DNA of 64,000 bases from an uncultured delta proteobacterium (GTDB lineage: Bacteria > Desulfobacterota > Binatia > Binatales > Binataceae), in contig CAWCDG010000004.1 in assembly GCA_963794325.1 (NCBI GenBank), positions 192,001 through 256,000 on the forward strand. Reading direction: 5' to 3'. Within the stretch, counting starts at the first letter, position 1; each line of letters starts with the position of its first letter. The translations under genes and the position numbers were made by a program. Positions 59,016 to 64,000 of this stretch are shown here, in pieces. Below the pieces are notes generated by a model. That model made no database searches. It saw only the letters and a program-made list of their open reading frames with translations, and was not told the DNA's origin.

Positions 59016-60202
59016 CTCTTCGTGTTGCGACATTGGATGCCGGCCAATCATCGGCTCGCGAGGGCACGATCACGCGGCTGGTGTATTCATGCATGCTGAT
59101 GGTGGGTATCAACAGCGGCTGGCTCGGCCCCTTTTTGCCGCAGATTTCTCATTCCAGCCATCTGCCGATCGAGCGCGCCGGATTGATCGTCAGCTCCTCG
59201 GCCGCCGGCTATTTCGCCTCGGTGCTAATAGCGGGCGAAATCAATCAATCGCTGAGTGCCCAGAAGATCCTTGTCGGCGCGATGGTGCTCTTCACACTCG
59301 GTCTCGCGGGACTCGCCGCCGCCACCGGACTCGCAGGACTGCTGTTCGCCGGAATTGTGATCGGCCTCGCCAATGGCGGTATCGACATCGGCGCCAATGC
59401 GCTCATCGTCGAGCTCAACCGCGAGCGGCTCGCGTCGGCGCTCAACTACCTGCACGTGCTGTTCGGCGTTGGCGCGTTGCTCGGACCGTTGATCGTGAGC
59501 GCCGCGTTCGCGAGTCGCGTGCCGTACTGGTGGGTCTTCGGCGGAGGCGCATTGGTATGTGCCGCGATCGGATTTCGTTTGGGCGTCACTCCAGCGCACG
59601 AAATTCGAACCGCACAAGAGGCCGGCAACGGATTTCTCCCGATGCTCGCGCGCCCGGTAATTTGGGTTATCAGCGCAGTGATGTTCCTGTACGTCGGCGC
59701 CGAAATCGGAATTGGCACCTGGCTATTCCTCTACCTGCGGACGGCGGGCGCGCTTGGCCCGATGCTCGCGTCGTCGGGCGTCTCATTATATTGGATGGGA
59801 TTGGTATGCGGTCGCGGATTCGGCGGACGCCTGGGACATCGCATCGCATTGCCGCAATTCACGATGCTCACGTCCACACTATCCGCCATCGCGCTGCTGA
59901 TACTGATCGCGGCGCCGACGGCAAGCGCCCTCGCGGCGTTGGCAATATTCCTGATCGGCTTCGGCTACGGCCCGGTGTTCCCCAACATGATCGCAATCGG
60001 CGCGGCGCGGTTCCCGAACGAGGTCGGCCGGATGACCTCGATCGTAGTAGCAGGCGGCGCGCTCGGCGCAATCATCGCCCCCTGGATAATGGGCCACGCG
60101 ATCGCCGGAATCAGCGCCCGCGCAAGCATGGAAGTCGCGCTAGCCTTCACCCTCGCGATGTCAGCCTTGGCGCTTTCACTGCGCGCTCATCCTGATGGAT
60201 GA
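59012..60202 (+). CDS. MFS transporter (FucP/TsgA-like)
   Basis: About 12 TM segments; LHVLFGVGALLGP; FLYVGAEIG; GPVFP. Confidence 0.9.
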   Translation: MTLRVATLDAGQSSAREGTITRLVYSCMLMVGINSGWLGPFLPQISHSSHLPIERAGLIVSSSAAGYFASVLIAGEINQSLSAQKILVGAMVLFTLGLAGLAAATGLAGLLFAGIVIGLANGGIDIGANALIVELNRERLASALNYLHVLFGVGALLGPLIVSAAFASRVPYWWVFGGGALVCAAIGFRLGVTPAHEIRTAQEAGNGFLPMLARPVIWVISAVMFLYVGAEIGIGTWLFLYLRTAGALGPMLASSGVSLYWMGLVCGRGFGGRLGHRIALPQFTMLTSTLSAIALLILIAAPTASALAALAIFLIGFGYGPVFPNMIAIGAARFPNEVGRMTSIVVAGGALGAIIAPWIMGHAIAGISARASMEVALAFTLAMSALALSLRAHPDG

Positions 60203-60244
60203 AAGCCGAACAGCACAGCTGCCCACGCCGCGCCGCGCCACAAT

Positions 60245-60310
60245 TTTGCGCTTCTCACTTTTCACCGGGTGCAGGGGTCACCCCTGCCGCCCGCCGCGCA
60301 GGCGATTACT
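60245..60310 (-). repeat. B-hairpin element matching the 8297 copy
   Basis: Minus strand TAATCGCCTGCGCGGCGGGCGGCAGGGGTGACCCCTGCACCC is identical to the start of the 8297 cluster. Confidence 0.85.
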
Positions 60311-60423
60311 TCTCCCGCGAATCTCACCTCTATGAACCGTCCACGCCAAACACTATTGTAGATGGATTGCTCAGCTGCGATTTCGGCGCATGCGTCGGGA
60401 AAGCGGCCTCCAAGAAGGGATTC

Positions 60424-60693
60424 ATGGCGAATAAAGGAAATTGCAAAGCGAAAGATTGCGCGCGCGAGGTGGTCGGCAAAGGTTATTGCCGGCAGCATTT
60501 TCGTCTCTGGAAGGCCGGCGAGATGCCGAAGGCGCGCTACAAAACCTGCACCTTCGAGAAATGCCGTAAGCATCGCCACGGCACTTCGAGCCTGTGCGAT
60601 GAACACTTCAAGGCCAAGCACGGCAAGCCCGCCGAAGCGGCGGCCGCAGCGCCCGCGGCCGAAGCGGCGCCCGCCGAGGCTCCGGCTTCCTGA
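60424..60693 (+). CDS. Small basic protein with two Cys3His zinc-finger-like repeats
   Basis: CKAKDC..KGYCRQH and CTFEKC..LCDEH; Ala/Pro tail; AAGGGA RBS. Confidence 0.75.
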   Translation: MANKGNCKAKDCAREVVGKGYCRQHFRLWKAGEMPKARYKTCTFEKCRKHRHGTSSLCDEHFKAKHGKPAEAAAAAPAAEAAPAEAPAS

Positions 60694-60752
60694 TACTGCG
60701 ATAGCGTCGAATCGCGCTCGCGTCACGCGGGCAGCGTGAAAAGAGAACTCCG

Positions 60753-61550
60753 ATGGCTAATCTAATCGTGGCTGGAGCGGCGGGCCGGATGGGCCGACTG
60801 CTGGTCGCGCTTGCCTCGCGCGATCCGCAGCATAAAGTTGTCGGCGCGCTCGAAGTGCACGGCAACAGTGCGATTGGTTCCGACGCGGGCGAGTTGGCCG
60901 GCGTCGGCCGGCTCGGCGTGAAAATCAGCGACGACTATGCGTCGATCGCAAAGCCCGACACCGTCACGCTGGATTTTACCAACGCGGCCGCTTCGCTTGA
61001 GCATCTCGAAGTCGCGTCGAAAGCGGGAGCGGCTATCGTAATCGGCTCGACCGGCTTCACACCCCAGATGGAAACGCGTGCGCGCGAGCTCGCGCAGAAG
61101 ACGCGCACCGTGATCGCGCCCAACATGAGTATCGGGGTTAACGTGCTCGCCAAGATTGTCGCCGAGGTCGCCGCGATCCTTCCCGACTTCGACGCCGAAG
61201 TCCTCGAGATTCACCATCGCACCAAAATCGACGCGCCCAGCGGCACCGCGCTCTCACTTGGCAAGGCGATCGCGTCGGCGCGCGGCGTCGACTTCGCGTC
61301 CAACGCTACCTACGGCCGCGAAGGAATCACCGGAGTCAGGCCCGACGGCAAGATTGCGGTGCTCGCGATGCGTGCGGGTGACGCGGTCGGCGACCACACC
61401 GTGATTTTCGGCGGGCAAGGCGAGCGCCTCGAGCTGATCCATCGCGCGCAGAGCCGCGACTCGCTCGCACGCGGCGCACTCCGCGCGGCCGGCTGGCTGG
61501 TGAGCCGCAAGCCGGGCCTCTACACGATGCGCGACGTGCTGGGAATTTAA
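60753..61550 (+). CDS. dapB: 4-hydroxy-tetrahydrodipicolinate reductase
   Basis: GAAGRMG, DFT, GSTG, APNMSIG, EIHHRTKIDAPSGTA. Confidence 0.97.
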   Translation: MANLIVAGAAGRMGRLLVALASRDPQHKVVGALEVHGNSAIGSDAGELAGVGRLGVKISDDYASIAKPDTVTLDFTNAAASLEHLEVASKAGAAIVIGSTGFTPQMETRARELAQKTRTVIAPNMSIGVNVLAKIVAEVAAILPDFDAEVLEIHHRTKIDAPSGTALSLGKAIASARGVDFASNATYGREGITGVRPDGKIAVLAMRAGDAVGDHTVIFGGQGERLELIHRAQSRDSLARGALRAAGWLVSRKPGLYTMRDVLGI

Positions 61551-61559
61551 TCTTCTTAT

Positions 61560-61602
61560 CCGGTTCCCCTTCCCACTATGGGAAGGGGTTAGGGGTTAGG
61601 TT
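61560..61602 (-). repeat. CCTAACC-type REP unit
   Basis: CCCCTTCCCACTATGGGAAGGGGTTAGGGGTTAGGTT. Confidence 0.88.
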
Positions 61603-61626
61603 GCTCGCCTTGATCAAGATGACAGA

Positions 61627-62669
61627 TTAAAGATGTGACGGATGCGTCGGCTCGTGATCGTGCGGCGGGTGCGGCGGCGGTTCGCCCATCTCGGCGCCTT
61701 CGTGATCTAGCATCGCCCAGCGCTCGACCAGTTTGACGCCGAGTCCGCGATGACTTCGGATGAAGTACGTCGCCATCGCGATCAGCGCCAGGATGTTTCC
61801 GGCGACGATCTTCCACCATCCAAGTGCTTCGAGCGCCGACTGATCGATCAGAGAAACGAATCCGACAAAGAAAACCTCGAACACTGCCAGTAGCAACAGC
61901 GCGCCGAGGACCATGAACGGTTCCCACTCCGACGCCGCCAGCAAAACCGCCAGCGCCAGCCCGAACATGACGAACGCGAAGAAGTGCAGAATCGAGTAGC
62001 CGAGCACCAGCGCCAGCGTCGGCTGGATACCGTCGTCTAACGCTCGCGTTTGCGAAATACCATCGCGCCGAGAATCGCCGGAGTGTGAAATGAATTGCCC
62101 GACGCGAGGTCGTAAGCCATGAACCAGATAGCGACGACGATGCCACCGATCAGTCCCGCCGTAATTCCCTCGCGCGCAACTGCGATCCATCCGCCGAGCA
62201 GATCGAACGCAAGGATGGGATGCCGCCAGAAAAAATATGTAAGCATCGCGGCCGTGGCGAGCAAATTGCCGACGATGATCCCCCACCAGGTCAACTCCAC
62301 CATCACGTTCGGCCCAAGGAACAGCACGACTGCGATGAAGAAGACCTCGAACGCGACGAAAAAAATCACCAGCGAGAAAAGCAGCGACGATTCGGTCTCG
62401 CACGCTTCGAGCAGCAATCCTCCGGCGATGCCGAACGTGATGAACGCGCCGAAATGGAGCAGCGAATACTCCAACGCCAGCACCGCCAACCCGTGCTGAA
62501 CTTCGTGACTATGGGACCCGTGCAGAATCGTCGCGGCGAGCAGCGCGGGAGTTTGGAGTGCGTGGCCGCGAATCAGATCGAAGAGCAGGAACCAGACGGC
62601 GACCACGACGGCGCCGATGATTCCGGCGACTGCGCCGTCGATGATGATCCGCGTCCTCGAATGCTCCAT
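61627..62669 (-). pseudogene. Internally duplicated membrane protein split by a frameshift (or an assembly error)
   Basis: Repeat 1 AGIIGAVVVAVWF..TPALL..YSLLHF; repeat 2 AGLIGGIVVAIWF..TPAIL changes frame near 62050 and continues YSILHF. Confidence 0.72.
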
Positions 62670-62750
62670 GCCCCAACTTCTAACGCACAAGATCAGCGCC
62701 CGGCAAGCGAGTGATTTTGCTCGAAACCTGCGGCATCACGAGACCGAATT

Positions 62751-63173
62751 TCACCGGGTGAAACTGGAAACGTCCGATCGGTTTGCACCCGGCCACTGCA
62801 TCGGGACGAACCAGAAAGACAGGAGCACCAGCGCGCCGAAGGTCAGGTAGACGATCGTGAACACCCAGGGCGGGGCCTGGTAGAAGATCATCGAATCGAG
62901 CCAGTATCCGACGAAATCGCGCGAGTAGCCCGACTCGCCTCCTTTTACTCGCAGGAGATTCTCCCAGATCGTGAGCGGACAGGTTACGCCGGCGAGCGCC
63001 TCGGCGCAGACCAACCCGATCATTGCCAGGTGCACTACGCGAAAATAGAAGTTTCGGACCCAATGCCATCCTGCCGCCCCGCCGACCAGAATCGCCACGA
63101 ATCCGACGACCACGAACGCGACGTAACCGGCGTGAATCACGGTTACGAGGTCGGCTGCCACCAGCCATAACAT
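62751..63173 (-). CDS. DUF2784 family membrane protein
   Basis: ADLV..IH.GYVAFVV.G; HL; CPLTIWENLLR. Confidence 0.85.
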   Translation of the reverse strand: MLWLVAADLVTVIHAGYVAFVVVGFVAILVGGAAGWHWVRNFYFRVVHLAMIGLVCAEALAGVTCPLTIWENLLRVKGGESGYSRDFVGYWLDSMIFYQAPPWVFTIVYLTFGALVLLSFWFVPMQWPGANRSDVSSFTR

Positions 63174-63177
63174 TGTC

Positions 63178-63996
63178 TTACGAGGATGCGATGCTTCGCG
63201 TCCGCACGACGCGCAGCTCCGGCATCGCCGACGCGGGCATCACCGGTATGTCGCTGTCTTCGCGCTGCTGCCATCGGTAGAAGATGAACGTGAAAATGAA
63301 CATCAGGTAGGTGCCCTGCCCGACCCACATGATCAGCCCGCCCAGCACCTGGTCGTCCATCGGGTTGAGGCCCCATCCATGCGCGCCCTCGCTGTACCAC
63401 GGATAGATGACGCGGGTCGCGAGCGTGATCGGCGCGGCCACCGCGGTCATCGGGATCATCAGGAGGAACAGGTAGAGGATTTGCGCCGGATACGAGAGCC
63501 GCGGCATCTCGGGTAGCGGACTGAGGATCGGCCACCACAACAGAATGCCGGCGGCCATGAAGAGTAGATGCACGAAGATGTGAAAATCTTCGTCGCGGCA
63601 CATCCGGTCGAAGATTGGTGGAAAATGCGCGGTGACAAACACCGCCGAGAAAATCAGGAACGCGACTACCGGCGTCGTGAGTATGCGCGCGACGGGCTTG
63701 ATCGGCCGGCTCAGAATGAACGGCCTCAGCATCCAGCCCGGCGTCCCCAGCAGCAACAGCGGCGGAATCAGGAGGGTCTGCATCAGATGCTGCAGCATGT
63801 GCATCGAGAAGATCCGCGCGTCGGCGAGTTCATCCAGCTCGGTATGCGTGAACAGGATTACGCCCATCGCCATCGCGAACCACATCGCCTGACGCCGGGT
63901 CGGTCTGCGGCCAGTCAGGCGGCACGCGCCAACGTAAATCGCGATCAGAACCGCGACTCCAATCGGGATGCTCGGATGTTCGCCGAAGATGTCCAT
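63178..63996 (-). CDS. ctaG: Cytochrome c oxidase assembly factor (Caa3_CtaG family)
   Basis: FSMHMLQHL, PPLLLLG, DQVLGGLIMW. Confidence 0.88.
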   Translation of the reverse strand: MDIFGEHPSIPIGVAVLIAIYVGACRLTGRRPTRRQAMWFAMAMGVILFTHTELDELADARIFSMHMLQHLMQTLLIPPLLLLGTPGWMLRPFILSRPIKPVARILTTPVVAFLIFSAVFVTAHFPPIFDRMCRDEDFHIFVHLLFMAAGILLWWPILSPLPEMPRLSYPAQILYLFLLMIPMTAVAAPITLATRVIYPWYSEGAHGWGLNPMDDQVLGGLIMWVGQGTYLMFIFTFIFYRWQQREDSDIPVMPASAMPELRVVRTRSIASS

Positions 63997-64000
63997 CGTC

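Overview
GC-rich bacterial chromosome segment, probably from a soil deltaproteobacterium-like lineage such as Candidatus Binatota (inference from gene content only). It holds about 60 CDS: housekeeping genes (thiI partial, bolA-grxD, dapB, ctaG, glgX, tRNA-Leu(CAA)), many lipid/aromatic catabolic enzymes (CoA transferase-thiolase, acyl-CoA synthetase, boxC-boxB, P450, esterases, SDRs) and an SBP56 / two-component / TolC-MFP-RND cluster. No transposase, integrase, prophage or CRISPR array was seen. Main signals beyond the ORF track: (1) an AhpD-like gene with an in-frame TGA in a CxxU motif followed by a SECIS-like hairpin, i.e. a probable selenoprotein; (2) a three-hairpin intergenic repeat with compensatory base changes and an invariant AGGA loop, mostly placed just after stop codons, plus three other REP-like families; (3) a roughly 400-nt structured leader with a leaderless micro-ORF upstream of an orphan IrrE/ImmA-like HExxH peptidase; (4) a ZntR-type operator in front of merR-glutaredoxin; (5) a nonsense-disrupted class A beta-lactamase; (6) a Phi-1/EXORDIUM-like secreted protein on a long Thr/Ala stalk; (7) three apparent single-base frameshifts that may be assembly errors. 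All calls come from reading motifs by eye; no database search was run.
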